From: SAR324 cluster bacterium
GTDB taxonomy: Bacteria; SAR324; NAC60-12
Assembly (NCBI GenBank): GCA_015231825.1
Contig: JADGAV010000002.1
Coordinates: forward strand, 9,914-73,913
Length of the DNA stretch: 64,000 nucleotides
Direction: 5' to 3'
In this document: positions 17,026 through 28,600 of the stretch, one piece after another
How the letters are laid out: each line of letters starts with the position of its first letter
Numbering within the stretch: the stretch's first letter is position 1
Notes under the pieces: generated by a model
The model's input: the letters and a program-made list of their open reading frames with translations, nothing else
Told to the model about the DNA's origin: nothing
Database searches by the model: none
Program-made: the position numbers and the translations under genes

Positions 17026-18429
17026 ATGAATCATTCTATCAGAGAACGACTACAGCAAACTTTGGCAAAAGGAGGACATTGGACAGAATTCCGTTATCAC
17101 AATCGGCGCAGCAGGATTTTTGGAGTACGCAAGGGAGAAGTCGATGAAATGAGTTCCAAACACTATGAAGGCGTCGGGATCCGAGTTTTGATGAATGGCT
17201 CATGGGGATTTGCCTCGACATCCGATTTATCCATCGAAGGTTTGGAAAAAGCCTTGGCGGATGCAGAAAATCTGGCTGAGGCACTCAGTTTCCGTAAACA
17301 GCATAAGTCTCAGATTGCAGAAAGTTCAAAGTTGGCACGAGGAGATTTTTTTATTGAAGGGTATGAAGAACTGTTTGCCATGCCTATTGAGGAAAAATTT
17401 GACTTTGTCAGAAAAGCGGAAGAGCAATTGAGCCAGGAAGCGGAGAAAATTGAGGCAGCTGCCTGCCGTTACACGGAAATGTTTGAGGACAAAATTATTT
17501 TAACCTCCGATGGTGCCGACTGCCACATCAAATTGGCTCGCCCAGAGCTTCGTTTGATTGCCTTTGGAGCCGACGGCAGTCTCCATTCCAAAGGGTTCGA
17601 GAGTGTCGGAGGTACGGGCAATTGGGACTGTATGTTTCGTAACAAACCTGTTGAAAAGATGATTGAAGGTGCTGCTTCCGAAGCAGTCGAAATGCTCAAT
17701 GCTCCCGAAGGTGATGGTGGAAAAAAGACAGTGATTCTTTCTCCTGCAATGGTTGGCTTGCTCAGCCACGAAGCCATCGGTCATACGGTGGAAGCCGATT
17801 TTGTTAAGTCCGGTTCTGTGGCGGGAGAAAAGATGGACCAGGAAGTTGCTTCCTCTCTTGTTACTCTCTGTGACAGTGGATATAGCGAATACACGGAAGG
17901 AGCGGGGGGAGAGCTTCCGGTAGATGATGAAGGGATTCTGTGCCAAAAAACCCCTATTATCAAAGATGGGAAACTGGTGAGTTTTCTTCACAATCGGGAA
18001 ACAGCTGCAGAGTTTGGAGTTGAACCGACGGGTAACGCCAGAGCATGGGTATTTAGTGATGAGCCATTGATCCGAATGCGCAACACCTATATTGAACCCG
18101 GTAATGATCAATTAAAAAATATGATATCCGAAATTGAAGATGGTTATTTTATTGACGGTCCTGGTGGCGGGCAAGCGGATGCCACCGGCGAATTCATGTT
18201 CGGCGCCAGCAAAGTCCGCCGCATACAAAATGGAAAATTGAGCGGGCATGTTAAGGAACTGACCGTTTCCGGAAAAGCTTTTGAAGTTTTACAATCAGTG
18301 GATGCGGTAAGCCAGGATTTTAGATGGGATCTTGGTGCTGGCTATTGCGGAAAGGGACAGCCAGCCAAAGTCGATGCGGGAGGACCTTATCTAAGATGCC
18401 AGGTTCTGGTGGGAGGTGCCCAAACATGA
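17026..18429 (+). CDS. tldD: TldD metalloprotease
   Basis: 467 aa; 'HEAIGHTVEADF' HExxxH zinc motif plus the Gly-rich C-terminus of the TldD/PmbA fold. Confidence 0.85.
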   Translation: MNHSIRERLQQTLAKGGHWTEFRYHNRRSRIFGVRKGEVDEMSSKHYEGVGIRVLMNGSWGFASTSDLSIEGLEKALADAENLAEALSFRKQHKSQIAESSKLARGDFFIEGYEELFAMPIEEKFDFVRKAEEQLSQEAEKIEAAACRYTEMFEDKIILTSDGADCHIKLARPELRLIAFGADGSLHSKGFESVGGTGNWDCMFRNKPVEKMIEGAASEAVEMLNAPEGDGGKKTVILSPAMVGLLSHEAIGHTVEADFVKSGSVAGEKMDQEVASSLVTLCDSGYSEYTEGAGGELPVDDEGILCQKTPIIKDGKLVSFLHNRETAAEFGVEPTGNARAWVFSDEPLIRMRNTYIEPGNDQLKNMISEIEDGYFIDGPGGGQADATGEFMFGASKVRRIQNGKLSGHVKELTVSGKAFEVLQSVDAVSQDFRWDLGAGYCGKGQPAKVDAGGPYLRCQVLVGGAQT

Positions 18430-19799
18430 TGACTCCAAAAGAACAAACGGCGATGTTGTTGAAAAACAGCGAAATTATGATCGACGAGATTAAGGGAGAA
18501 GGAACCCAAAGTGAGGTCTGTGCCCAGCACTCAGTAGATTTGAGTGTTGTTTACGAAGGAAACGATTTTTCGGTCAGCAAAAGCAACACCACGTCTTCCT
18601 ATGGAATTCGTGCGATTGTCGATGGAAAGCTAGGGTTTATGACCTCCAATTCAAGCAGTGATCAGATGCTGCGGGAAATTGCTTTAGAAACGAGGAAACT
18701 CGCGATGCTTTCTGTTTCGAGCGAACATCATCAGATTGCAACTGCTATGGAAAAGCACGGATATTCCGAGAATTATGACCCTTCAACAGAAATGCTGCTG
18801 CCTTCTGATTTATACAATATGCTGCAACTGATGGTTGATGAGGTTCACAAAGAGAAGAACATCTCTCTTGATCGTGCCGAAATTTCCTGCTCCCGGCAAT
18901 ATTTCACCCTGACGAATTCCAATGGATTTTCTCAGCAAGCGGCTGCTTCTGATTTTTCCTGGTTTGCCATGGGGATGGGAAAGACGAAAAACGAAGTGAC
19001 CAGCTTTGACTATGATGGAGGAACGGTCAGAGACCGTTCCGCTCTCGAGAACGAGATCATTCAGACTATGGAACGGTTTCGACAGTATGTAGGAAGCTCA
19101 TTGGGGCCTCGCCAGGCAAAGGATTATAAAGGTGCGATCCTTCTCCATCCAGCAGCAGTGATGAGTATTCTTGGGCAAACAATCAGTTTCAACGCAAACG
19201 GAAAAAATCATTTGGATGGCATTAGTGCCTGGAACGAGCAAATGGGTCAGCAAGTGGCTTCTGAGACACTGCTGGTTGCCGAAGATCCTTTGGATGAAAA
19301 TCGACCGGATGGCTGGAGTCCATTTGATCGGGAAGGAGTGACAACGTCTAGGCACCAAATTATCGATGCGGGACACTTGAATTTTGCGGCACATAATTGC
19401 TTCAGCGCGCATCAAGCCGGTATTCAGCCTACAGGAAATGCTGCAGGAGGAGCAACGGGATTACCGCAAATCGGATTTTCCAATTTGAAGATTTCCGGAG
19501 TCGAGGGAAAAGCGCTTTCTGAAGAGTTACTCTATCAGAAGTTGGGGACAGGTCTGGTGCTCAAACGTTTCAGTGGAAGTTGCGATCCGATTTCTGGACA
19601 ATTTTCAGGAGTGGCAAAAAATTCATGGTGGGTGGAAAATGGTAAACGAAGCCATGCGGTGCATGAAACTATGGTTTCTGGAAACGCATTTGATGTCCTG
19701 AAACAAATATTGGCAATTGGTTCTCAGCTTCATGTTAATCTGGGGGGCAGCCAGGCTCCCTACATACTGATTGATGGTGTCAGCGTGACCGCGGGATGA
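18426..19799 (+). CDS. pmbA: PmbA/TldE partner protein
   Basis: TldD/PmbA-family fold without HExxxH. The start is ATG 18426 (ATGA overlap with the tldD stop); the track's 18324 start is an out-of-frame extension. Confidence 0.8.
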   Translation: MMTPKEQTAMLLKNSEIMIDEIKGEGTQSEVCAQHSVDLSVVYEGNDFSVSKSNTTSSYGIRAIVDGKLGFMTSNSSSDQMLREIALETRKLAMLSVSSEHHQIATAMEKHGYSENYDPSTEMLLPSDLYNMLQLMVDEVHKEKNISLDRAEISCSRQYFTLTNSNGFSQQAAASDFSWFAMGMGKTKNEVTSFDYDGGTVRDRSALENEIIQTMERFRQYVGSSLGPRQAKDYKGAILLHPAAVMSILGQTISFNANGKNHLDGISAWNEQMGQQVASETLLVAEDPLDENRPDGWSPFDREGVTTSRHQIIDAGHLNFAAHNCFSAHQAGIQPTGNAAGGATGLPQIGFSNLKISGVEGKALSEELLYQKLGTGLVLKRFSGSCDPISGQFSGVAKNSWWVENGKRSHAVHETMVSGNAFDVLKQILAIGSQLHVNLGGSQAPYILIDGVSVTAG

Positions 19800-19972
19800 A
19801 TGATCCGGGTTGAACAATTCGGGGACAATATTTTTGCGGAATGAGTTTTTAAAATTCTTTTACAACTGAGATTAAAAAATCAATATTGGGAAGCGATTCA
19901 CACTTTTTACATTTCATTTCCGAGCCTTGAAAACACTGGTTTAATTGAATTCACTATAATTGAGGAGGTATT

Positions 19973-21205
19973 ATGGCACGTAAGGTTTATATTTTGGGCG
20001 GTTGCCAAACAGATTTTGCCAGAAACTGGAAGAAAGAAGACAAACACATGTCCGAAGTCTTTAAAGAAGTGATTAATGGAGTGATTCAAGAGACGCAGTT
20101 GGAACCCTCCGACATAGAGGTTGCTCATGTGGGAAATTTTGCAGCGGAACTTTATTGCATGCAAGGCCAGCTTGGAGCATTTTTTTTGGAAGCTGATCCC
20201 GCTTTTTATGGATTGCCGACTTCACGACATGAAGCAGCCTGTGCTTCCGGAAGCATTGCAGCTTTAGCTGCCACTGCAGAAATTGAAGCCGGACGATATC
20301 AAGTGGCGTGTGTAGTGGGAGTTGAACAGATGAAAACAGTTTCTCCTAAGGTTGGCGGAGATTATCTTGGAACCGCTGCCTGGTATGAGCAGGAAGCCAA
20401 GGATATCGAGCTTCCATTTCCCAAGTTGTTTGGCCGATTGGGTGATGTCTACGATGAGCGCTATGGTTTAAAATACGAACACCTTGCTGCGATTTCAAAG
20501 ATCAACTATGACAATGCGAAGAGGAATCCCCTGGCACAAACCCGTGCCTGGTACGCAGAAAAGGAGCTCAACGTCTTGGAAAACCCCGAAAACCCGACTA
20601 TCGGCGGAAAAATTCGTCTTTCTGATTGTTCCCAAATCACCGATGGTGCCGTTGCAGTGCTGCTCGCTTCTGAAGAGTTTGCAACGAACTATGCTAATCG
20701 GCGCAATTTGGCGCTAGCCGATATTCCCTATATCAAGGGTTGGGGTCATCATACCGCGCCGTTTAGATTTGATGACAAGTTGGAGGAAAGTAAAGGGCAA
20801 CGCTACGTTTTTCCCCATGTCCGTGCAACCATCACCGATGCTTTCAAGAGAGCTGGAATCGCTGATGTCAGTGAATTGGATGGAATAGAAACGCATGACT
20901 GTTTTACGACTTCTGAATATATGGCCATTGATCATTTTGGAATCACAGAACCCGGCGAAAGCTGGAAAGCCATTGAAGAGGGCGTCATTGAAATTGGAGG
21001 AAAAACTCCTATCAATCCCAGCGGGGGCCTGATCGGAGCCGGACATCCGGTCGGAGCCACAGGAGTTCGGCAGCTATTGGACGCTCAGCGGCAGGTTGCA
21101 CGGACAGCAGAGGGCTATCAAGTCGAAGGGGTAAACAATTTCGCAACATTAAACATTGGAGGAAGCGGAACCACCAGTGTTTCCTTTATTGTCAGTCGAG
21201 ACTGA
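19973..21205 (+). CDS. Thiolase-like protein (SCP-x/nsLTP-type 3-ketoacyl-CoA thiolase)
   Basis: 410 aa; active-site Cys context 'HEAACASGS', C-terminal 'NPSGGLIGAGHPVGATG' thiolase signature; good SD (GAGGAGG) before the ATG. Confidence 0.7.
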   Translation: MARKVYILGGCQTDFARNWKKEDKHMSEVFKEVINGVIQETQLEPSDIEVAHVGNFAAELYCMQGQLGAFFLEADPAFYGLPTSRHEAACASGSIAALAATAEIEAGRYQVACVVGVEQMKTVSPKVGGDYLGTAAWYEQEAKDIELPFPKLFGRLGDVYDERYGLKYEHLAAISKINYDNAKRNPLAQTRAWYAEKELNVLENPENPTIGGKIRLSDCSQITDGAVAVLLASEEFATNYANRRNLALADIPYIKGWGHHTAPFRFDDKLEESKGQRYVFPHVRATITDAFKRAGIADVSELDGIETHDCFTTSEYMAIDHFGITEPGESWKAIEEGVIEIGGKTPINPSGGLIGAGHPVGATGVRQLLDAQRQVARTAEGYQVEGVNNFATLNIGGSGTTSVSFIVSRD

Positions 21206-21325
21206 ATAGCAACGTATGGATTTCAATATTTTCCGGGCTGGTTTTGTTTTTTGATTTCAGGCCGCTGGTTTAAAATATTCAATCGCCTTGGCCCTTCTTC
21301 TGCTAGAAGAAAGTTAGCACGTGTA

Positions 21326-22729
21326 TCATGACATGCGGTTCATTCCATCGAATGCAGCAATTTTATATGCTTCAGCAAGGGTAGGGTAGTTGAACACGGT
21401 GTCGATAAAATAATCGATTTTTCCATGAGCGGCGAGCACAGCCTGGCCAATGTGCACGAGCTCCGTCGCGCCGTCTCCAATGATGTGGACGCCGAGCAGT
21501 TCAAGTGTATCAATGTGAAAGATCAGCTTCAGCAGTCCGGTGTTGTCCCCAATGATCTGGCCACGGGCGATTTCACGGTAATCTGCTTTACCGATTTCAT
21601 AAGGAATCCCTTCATCCGTCAGTTCCTCTTCAGTGCGCCCGCAGGTGGAGATTTCCGGGATAGTATAAATTCCATAGGGGACCAGTTCGGGTGTTCTTTT
21701 GCTTGCTAAACCAAAAGCGTGTGCGGCCGCCAGGCGTCCTTGTTCCATAGAAGTGGAAGCAAGACTGGGAAAACCAATCACATCTCCTGCAGCATAGATA
21801 TGCGGGACGTTGGTCTGAAAATTTTCATTGACATCGAAGCGTCCCCGACTGTTCAATTCAAGGCCTGCGGCCTCAACTTTGAGTTTCTTGGTAGCGCCTG
21901 TGCGGCCGATGCTGTACAAAACTTTTTCAGTCAAAATCTTTTTGCCGCTGTCCAGGTGAATGCGGACATGCTTACCCCGGTCATCTTCATATTTTTCAAT
22001 CTGACGGACTTCCTCTCCCAAACGTAAAGTCGCTCGATTTTGGCGAAGATTGTGAATCAGGGCATCTGTGATTTCCGCATCGACGAACTCAAGCAAACGG
22101 TGATGTTTGTTCACCAGGGTTACCCGCACTCCGAGAGCTGCGAACATCCCCGCATATTCACATCCAATCACACCTGCTCCAATAATTGTCAACCTTCGAG
22201 GCAGTTCGTCGAGTTGAAGAATGTCGTCACTGGTAAAGATTCGCTCTCCATCGAATGGGATGTCATCGCTGCGTGTTGCCAGTGAACCGGTAGCGATAAC
22301 AATGAACTCTGCAGTCACTTCCCTTTGACCGCTTTCATCAGCATAGGCTAAACAGAGGGTATGAGGATCAACAAAGGTGGCATGGGCTAAAAAACGTTCA
22401 ATTCGGTTGCGCATAATCTGATGATTGGCCACATCCACCTCATGCCGGATCACATGTTGAGTCCGGTAGAGCAAATCTTCGATGGTAATATCCTGTTTAA
22501 CCGAATAGGCAGATCCATAAATTTCTCTTTGACGATAGCCGGAAAGAAACATCACTGCCTCCCGCAAAGTCTTGCTGGGAATAGTTCCCGTATTGATTGC
22601 AGCCCCGCCTAAAACGCTGTTTCGCTCGCAAATCGCAACTTTCTTACCAAGTTTGGCAGCCTGAATTGCAGCCCGCTGTCCTGCAGGTCCAGAACCGATA
22701 ATAAACATGTCATAATCGTAAGTCGCCAT
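21326..22729 (-). CDS. sthA: Soluble pyridine nucleotide transhydrogenase
   Basis: N-terminus 'YDYDMFIIGSGPAGQRAAIQAAKLGKKVAICER...GGAAINTGTIPSK' closely parallels E. coli SthA; 467 aa flavoprotein disulfide-reductase fold lacking the redox-active CxxxxC. Confidence 0.85.
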   Translation of the reverse strand: MATYDYDMFIIGSGPAGQRAAIQAAKLGKKVAICERNSVLGGAAINTGTIPSKTLREAVMFLSGYRQREIYGSAYSVKQDITIEDLLYRTQHVIRHEVDVANHQIMRNRIERFLAHATFVDPHTLCLAYADESGQREVTAEFIVIATGSLATRSDDIPFDGERIFTSDDILQLDELPRRLTIIGAGVIGCEYAGMFAALGVRVTLVNKHHRLLEFVDAEITDALIHNLRQNRATLRLGEEVRQIEKYEDDRGKHVRIHLDSGKKILTEKVLYSIGRTGATKKLKVEAAGLELNSRGRFDVNENFQTNVPHIYAAGDVIGFPSLASTSMEQGRLAAAHAFGLASKRTPELVPYGIYTIPEISTCGRTEEELTDEGIPYEIGKADYREIARGQIIGDNTGLLKLIFHIDTLELLGVHIIGDGATELVHIGQAVLAAHGKIDYFIDTVFNYPTLAEAYKIAAFDGMNRMS

Positions 22730-22837
22730 GGATTTTCCTTCCAGTCATTTTGTAGATTCGAGAAAAACGTGCGCGTGAAAAGCAAACTCAGTGTCGTATA
22801 TCATCTGAGAGTGTCCGGGGTCAAGGAGGCACTTTGC

Positions 22838-23497
22838 TCAGTCGCCTACCTCCTCACACGGAATAACGGCTGTTTCTAATTTGCTGGCCTCAACCCAGGC
22901 AATGGTGTCAGGGTGGGAAAGAACAGTCTTTACATATCCATTTCCCACCTTGTCCAGTTCGATTCCATAACTTGAAAAACGAAGGGCTACGGGACCGAAC
23001 ATAGCATCAGCAATCGAGAACTTGCCGAAAAGCCAGGGACCTGAAGCGGCATATCGGTTGCGGCATTGGTTCCAGATTTTCGCGACTCGGGTGATTTCAA
23101 TGTCAGCTTCTGAAGAAGGTTTAAAGTTTTTGATTTGTCTTCTGCAGTTCATCGGCATTTCGCTTCGAATGCTGAAAAAACCGGAATGCATTTCAGCACT
23201 GACTGACCGCGCAAACGCTCGGTCATCACTTGCTGAAGGCCAGGCTTTTCCAGCGAGGAAGACTTCAGAGGCGTATTCGCAAATGGCGAGGGAATCCCAG
23301 ATGGTCAAGTCTTGATGGATGAGCACGGGTACTTTTAGAGAAGGAGAATAGGGAGCAAGAATGTCTTTGGTGTTCTCCTGCGAAAGCAGGATTGGAATTT
23401 CCTCAAAATCAATTTTGAAGTGTTTTAAAAGGAACCACGGTCTGAAGGACCATGAAGAGTAGTTCTTGTTTCCAATGACAAGTGATAAATCGGTCAA
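22838..23497 (-). CDS. Glutathione S-transferase family protein
   Basis: 219 aa; N-terminal thioredoxin-like 'SSWSFRPW' and a C-terminal helical GST domain. Confidence 0.7.
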   Translation of the reverse strand: MTDLSLVIGNKNYSSWSFRPWFLLKHFKIDFEEIPILLSQENTKDILAPYSPSLKVPVLIHQDLTIWDSLAICEYASEVFLAGKAWPSASDDRAFARSVSAEMHSGFFSIRSEMPMNCRRQIKNFKPSSEADIEITRVAKIWNQCRNRYAASGPWLFGKFSIADAMFGPVALRFSSYGIELDKVGNGYVKTVLSHPDTIAWVEASKLETAVIPCEEVGD

Positions 23498-23534
23498 GCA
23501 AAGCTCCTTTTTAAAGGTCAGTTTAAAATTACGG

Positions 23535-24605
23535 CTAGTAAATTGGCTCTAGCCATTGGAAAGGGTCATTTGTTTTTCCATATTGAATCCCGGTGACCTC
23601 ATCATAAAATCGTTCTGCCATCGGCCCAATATCGTCCTGGATTACATATTCTTTACCTTTGTATTGGAGGACTCCAACCGGGGAAATGACGGCTGCTGTT
23701 CCGGCTCCAAAAATTTCGGTGAGTCTGCCATTTTCAATTCCTTCAATCACCTCTTCAATGGTGATACGACGTTCGGTTGTTTTCAGCCCCCAATTTCGGC
23801 TCAGCTGGAGAACGGAGTCTCTGGTAATTCCTGGTAGAATGCTTCCGGTCAATTGAGGAGTGACGATTTCATCATCAATCACGAAAAAGATATTCATGGA
23901 ACCGACCTCTTCTACATATCGCTGTTCTTTTCCATCCAACCAAAGGACTTGTGAAAAACCCTCCTTTTTTGCTTCAATCTGTGCCAGATTACTGGCAGCG
24001 TAGTTTCCGGCTGTTTTGACACCTCCGATACCACCTGCTGCTGCGCGTGTATAATCTTCTGACACTTTGATTCTGACCGGCGCAAATCCTTTCGCATAAA
24101 AAGATCCCACTGGCGAAAGAATAATATAAAAAAGGAAGTATTCTGATTTTTTTAAACTGAGTGCGGGCTCTGTTGCAATCAAATTCGGTCGAACATACAA
24201 AGAACATCCGGGTTCGTTGGGAATCCAATCTTTGTCCTGCTGTAATAAAAGTTTTAAGGCCTCCAGACCGAAATCAGCATCAATTTCTGGTAACCCGATT
24301 CTGCGTGAAGTTTGTTGGAGCCGTTCAAAATTTTTTCGTGGACGAAAAAGTACATGATTTCCACTGACGGTGAGGTACGCTTTTAATCCTTCAAATGCTT
24401 CGTGACCATAATGCAGAACAATGGCTGCCGGGTCCAATGACAGGGCCTGGTACTGTTCTATTCGTGCGTTTTGCCAGCCTCCATCAGGCTCCCAATTCAT
24501 TAAAAACATATGATTTGTAAAATGAGAACCGAATTCGATTCCTTCCAAACTTTCTGGAGGATTTTTGCGTGATTCAGGTGAAACCGGATTGATTTGAATG
24601 TTCAT
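23535..24605 (-). CDS. ilvE: Branched-chain amino acid aminotransferase (class IV, long form)
   Basis: 356 aa; 'FTNHMF...GHEAFEGLKAY' (catalytic Lys), 'GGIGGVKTAGNYAAS' and 'EVGSMNIFFV' as in BCAT/IlvE. Confidence 0.8.
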   Translation of the reverse strand: MNIQINPVSPESRKNPPESLEGIEFGSHFTNHMFLMNWEPDGGWQNARIEQYQALSLDPAAIVLHYGHEAFEGLKAYLTVSGNHVLFRPRKNFERLQQTSRRIGLPEIDADFGLEALKLLLQQDKDWIPNEPGCSLYVRPNLIATEPALSLKKSEYFLFYIILSPVGSFYAKGFAPVRIKVSEDYTRAAAGGIGGVKTAGNYAASNLAQIEAKKEGFSQVLWLDGKEQRYVEEVGSMNIFFVIDDEIVTPQLTGSILPGITRDSVLQLSRNWGLKTTERRITIEEVIEGIENGRLTEIFGAGTAAVISPVGVLQYKGKEYVIQDDIGPMAERFYDEVTGIQYGKTNDPFQWLEPIY

Positions 24606-24769
24606 GGTATGCCCTGTCCGAATATTAAAATTTCGACTGAAAAGGTGGAAAAAGCTTTATTGAATTCATTGATAAATCGACCATCGTTTTTAATAGGAAA
24701 GCTTAATATAGATTTTAATCCTTAATCAAGCTCAATTGAAAGAAGATCGTCAACGGTTATATTTCGAAT

Positions 24770-25597
24770 TCATTGACTTTCAATCGGCTTCAGTTTGCGA
24801 AGTGCATCAAGTATGGCATCGTCGAAAAGAAGAGAATCAATTTCGGGAAGCTCATCCACTGTTTCTAACGCTGCGCGAACATCTTTTTCGACAATGCCGA
24901 TAGTATTGGTTTTTTCAAATCCTTCACTGGCCCAGGAGATCCGTTCAAAATTGCTTCCAAACCAAGTACCGCCCGAGCTCGTTGACAGAACTTCTCTCAA
25001 AATAGACTCATTCGTTCCCAATGCTTTTGATATTTCAATCACACGACGTACAGCCACCACCGAAGAGGCTGCTACATAATTGTTGAGTACTTTGACCGTC
25101 ATGCCGGAGCCCAAGGGGCCCAGGTTGTATATTTTTTCCCCCATAGATTGAAACAATGGCATCCAGCGGGCAATATCTTCATTTTCGCCGCCTAACATGA
25201 AGGTCAGCGTCCCCTGTTCCGCGGAAAACGGAGCCCCGCTCATGGGTGCGTCCATCAATGCAATCCCTGCGGGTAATCGGTGAGTCAATACTTTTAAAAA
25301 TGAAGGAGGGAGTGTGGAAGAGATAATGAGTCCCTTTGGATGGGAACCGTCACTAAAAATTGCTTGCTCGTTGAAGAGCAGATCCAGAGTTTGCTTTTGA
25401 TCACGAACTACAGAAATAACGACATCTGTCGAAGCAGCGAACTGTTGGGGATTCTCAATCATGTGGGGTGAAAAATCTCCGAATTCATCTATGGGCCTTA
25501 TGTCAAATCCGTGAACATTGTATCCTCCTGCGAGAAGACATTTTGCCATTGGCAAACCCATACTGCCGCATCCAGCAATTCCTATCCGTTCTTTCAT
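24770..25597 (-). CDS. NAD(P)-binding 3-hydroxyisobutyrate/6-phosphogluconate dehydrogenase-family oxidoreductase
   Basis: N-terminal 'IGIAGCGSMGLPMAKCLLAGGYNVHGFD' Rossmann motif and HIBADH-like C-terminal helical domain; 275 aa. Confidence 0.7.
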   Translation of the reverse strand: MKERIGIAGCGSMGLPMAKCLLAGGYNVHGFDIRPIDEFGDFSPHMIENPQQFAASTDVVISVVRDQKQTLDLLFNEQAIFSDGSHPKGLIISSTLPPSFLKVLTHRLPAGIALMDAPMSGAPFSAEQGTLTFMLGGENEDIARWMPLFQSMGEKIYNLGPLGSGMTVKVLNNYVAASSVVAVRRVIEISKALGTNESILREVLSTSSGGTWFGSNFERISWASEGFEKTNTIGIVEKDVRAALETVDELPEIDSLLFDDAILDALRKLKPIESQ

Positions 25598-25616
25598 TTT
25601 TTCATCCCTGTCACAG

Positions 25617-28600
25617 TCAAATTGGAATTTTTATGATGAATTTTGACCCCAGCCCGGACTGAGATTCGACAGACATCGATCCCTTGTGATTTTCAGTGAT
25701 GATGAAATATGATACAGAAAGCCCTAATCCAGTGCCTACACCCACGTCTTTGGTAGTGAAGAAAGGTTCGAAAATACGTTTTCGATTTGCTTCTTTCATG
25801 CCGGAGCCATTGTCTTCCACTTCTATCTGCACATGTTGTTCTTCCTTAAAAAAACGAAGAACAATTCGAGGGCTGTTCCATGCCGGGTCGGTCTCTTTTC
25901 GATCTTTTATGGCTTGCCCTGCATTTTTTATCAAATTCAATAAGACTTGTTCGATTTCAATTAAAATACAAAATACCTTCGGACAGCTGCTATCGAATTC
26001 TCTGATGATTTCGATTTGACGAAAATCATAGTGTTTTTTTAAATCATAATCATTGGATGCAAGTTCTACAACACGATTGATCAATTCAGAAAGGTCTGCT
26101 TCTTCCTTGGATGACGTGCTGCCGCGGCTAAATTGCAGCATGTTGCTCACGATGTTTGCTGCACGGTTCCCGGATTCCCGAATGTCGTGTAAAAATTCCA
26201 GTATTTGCCGTTTTTCCATGTATGACAGCATTTTTGACAGTTCAATTCCGCACTCCTGGGCAGCTTGATGATTTTTTTCGAATTCTAAAGAAAGTCGATT
26301 TTGAATCACCTGAATCCCCTGGATTATGCCGGCAAGCGGATTGTTGATTTCATGGGCCATCCCCGCTGCCAATCCTCCTACTGACATCATTTTTTCAGAT
26401 TGGACAATGACTTCTTCAAGACGGGTCTGTTCTGTGACATCATCGATCCGTATCACGGCTCCTTCCACATTTTCTGCAATCAGAGGATAAACAGTGATAT
26501 TTGAAATTTGATTTTCTTCATGATCTTGATAAACGATTTTTTCTTCATGAAGAGTTTGACGATTTTTAATTGCCTCCTGGATTTGATCGAGGTGACTAAC
26601 TAATTTTGGAAAAACGTCGGTCAGAGATTTCCCTTGCGCCTGTTCTGCCTGAATTCCTGTTCTCTTTTCTGCTTCCTTATTCCATTGCGTGACTAGACCC
26701 TGCAGATTAACTCCTACCAGAATCGATGGCATGGAATCAATAATGCTATTGAGAAAATTTTGCACCTGCAGTAATTCATTTTGCACTTTTTTCAGCTCGG
26801 TAATATCGACACTGACTCCCAGCGCGGTTTCGATATTTCCGATTTTGAATGGTCTTTTCTGGACTTGGTAGACATGATCGTGTCCTCTGTTATCCAAAAA
26901 ACTTGTTTCGGGAATGAAAACATCAATACCGTTTTCAATGACCTCCTTGTCTTCCTGTTGAATGGATTTTAATTTGTCCTTATGCTTGAGCGTGTCCCTT
27001 TGTTTAAAATTGACAAGTTTTTTGACGCTAGTGTCGTACAACTCTGCCTGTGCACGATTGACGAGATGGAATGTTCCTTCTCGATCTTTTGCATAAATTG
27101 GGTGGGGAATCAGATCAATCACCTGCCTTAACCGGGATTCGCTTTCCTGAAGTTTTTGATGCTGTCCTTCCAATTGAAGAATTGTCCTTCGCAGTTCTGT
27201 AGTTTGGTCTGTGACTCGCTTCTCCAGATTTTTGTTTAATTCCTGGATTTCTCTCTGTACTTTTTTTAGCTCTGTTATATCGACAGAAACACTCAAAACC
27301 GATTTGATTCCAGATATTGTGAAAGGCATTTTGTGAACTTGGAACAACCAAGATTTTCCTTGATATTCATAGGTAACTTCGGGAATCATCTTGACTTGAC
27401 CGCTTTCAATGACTTCTCTATCGTCATTTGCAATTTGTTCCAGAACATTTTCTTGAGTATCGAGGTAAGATTGGAATTTTTGTCCCACAAGGGTCTTTGA
27501 TGGCACACCAAATAACTCACCTTGAGCCCGATTGGCCAAAAGTATTTTCCCCGTCACATCTTTGGCATTGATGGGATGAGGAATCAGATCAATCACCTGT
27601 TTCAAATGCAATTCAGATTCTTTCAATTCGGCTTCACTTTGAGCCATCGCACCGCCTCGTTCTTGGATTTTCATCAACATGCTGTTGAAACCGTCAATAA
27701 GGTCACTGATTTCGTCATTGGATGCTTTTTGGGCGCGAAGCGAATAGTCATTGTTTTTTGAGATTTCCTTTGTGATTTTGACGAGATTGAGAATCGGCCT
27801 GAGGGTGGAAATGGAAATGAACAATCCGATTGCAATTGAAAGGAGTGTGATTATTAAAGCCAGGATTGTTATTTTTGTTTTCAATTCGTCAACTGGTTTA
27901 AATATTTCAGAAGTGTTCATACTCAAGACAATGATCCATTCCAAACCTTTGAAACTTCTGTATCCTTTTGAGCGTGCGAAGGCATTCAGGGTTTCTGTTC
28001 CATTTTCTGAATTTTCAATGAGAAATTGAATCTCCATGGGGAGCGTGTTTGCATGACTGGACTTTTTAAGCGCATAATCACTGGATTCGCTCAAATTTTC
28101 GTGCGGATATATCACTTCCCCTGATTTACTAATAAGTTCGACCTGATAGCTTTGATATTTTGATTCATTTTTAAGATCATTGAGAATCTGGTAAATTTCC
28201 TGGATGTTTAAAACGGCTTTGAGCATACCAATAAATTGGCCTTCTTGATCTTTCAGTTCTAGAATAATGTCTAAGGAGTAGACTTCCGCACTTTGATCGT
28301 AGGCGACATCACCAACCCAGATTCCATTAGCTTTTCCTTCCTGCCACCAGTGCTCATCGTCCTGTCGGTAATCTGAAGTCTTCCCGGTTTGTGCCACATT
28401 GGCTCCGTACTGATTCGTGATAAAAATTTCAGCAAAAACATCGTAACCGTACTCCTTTTGGTAAAAACTCTTGATCTCCTGTAAATGCAGTGAAACCGGT
28501 CTCTTCATCAAAGTATCCATGAGCGGGATTTGCTGGAATTCGTCGGCCTCCATCCATTCTTTGTCTCTTGAATTAATAAGAGCTTGAACGGCTTCCTCTG

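Noticed and set aside
18324-18429. Extended N-terminus of pmbA overlapping tldD
   Set aside because: The extension reads an alternate frame of the tldD 3' end; the ATG at 18426 forms a canonical ATGA stop-start overlap, and the homology starts there.
21270-21300. Hairpin TTCTTCT-gct-AGAAGAA between the convergent thiolase and sthA genes
   Set aside because: A 7-bp AT-rich stem with no flanking U-tract on either strand; too weak to call a terminator.
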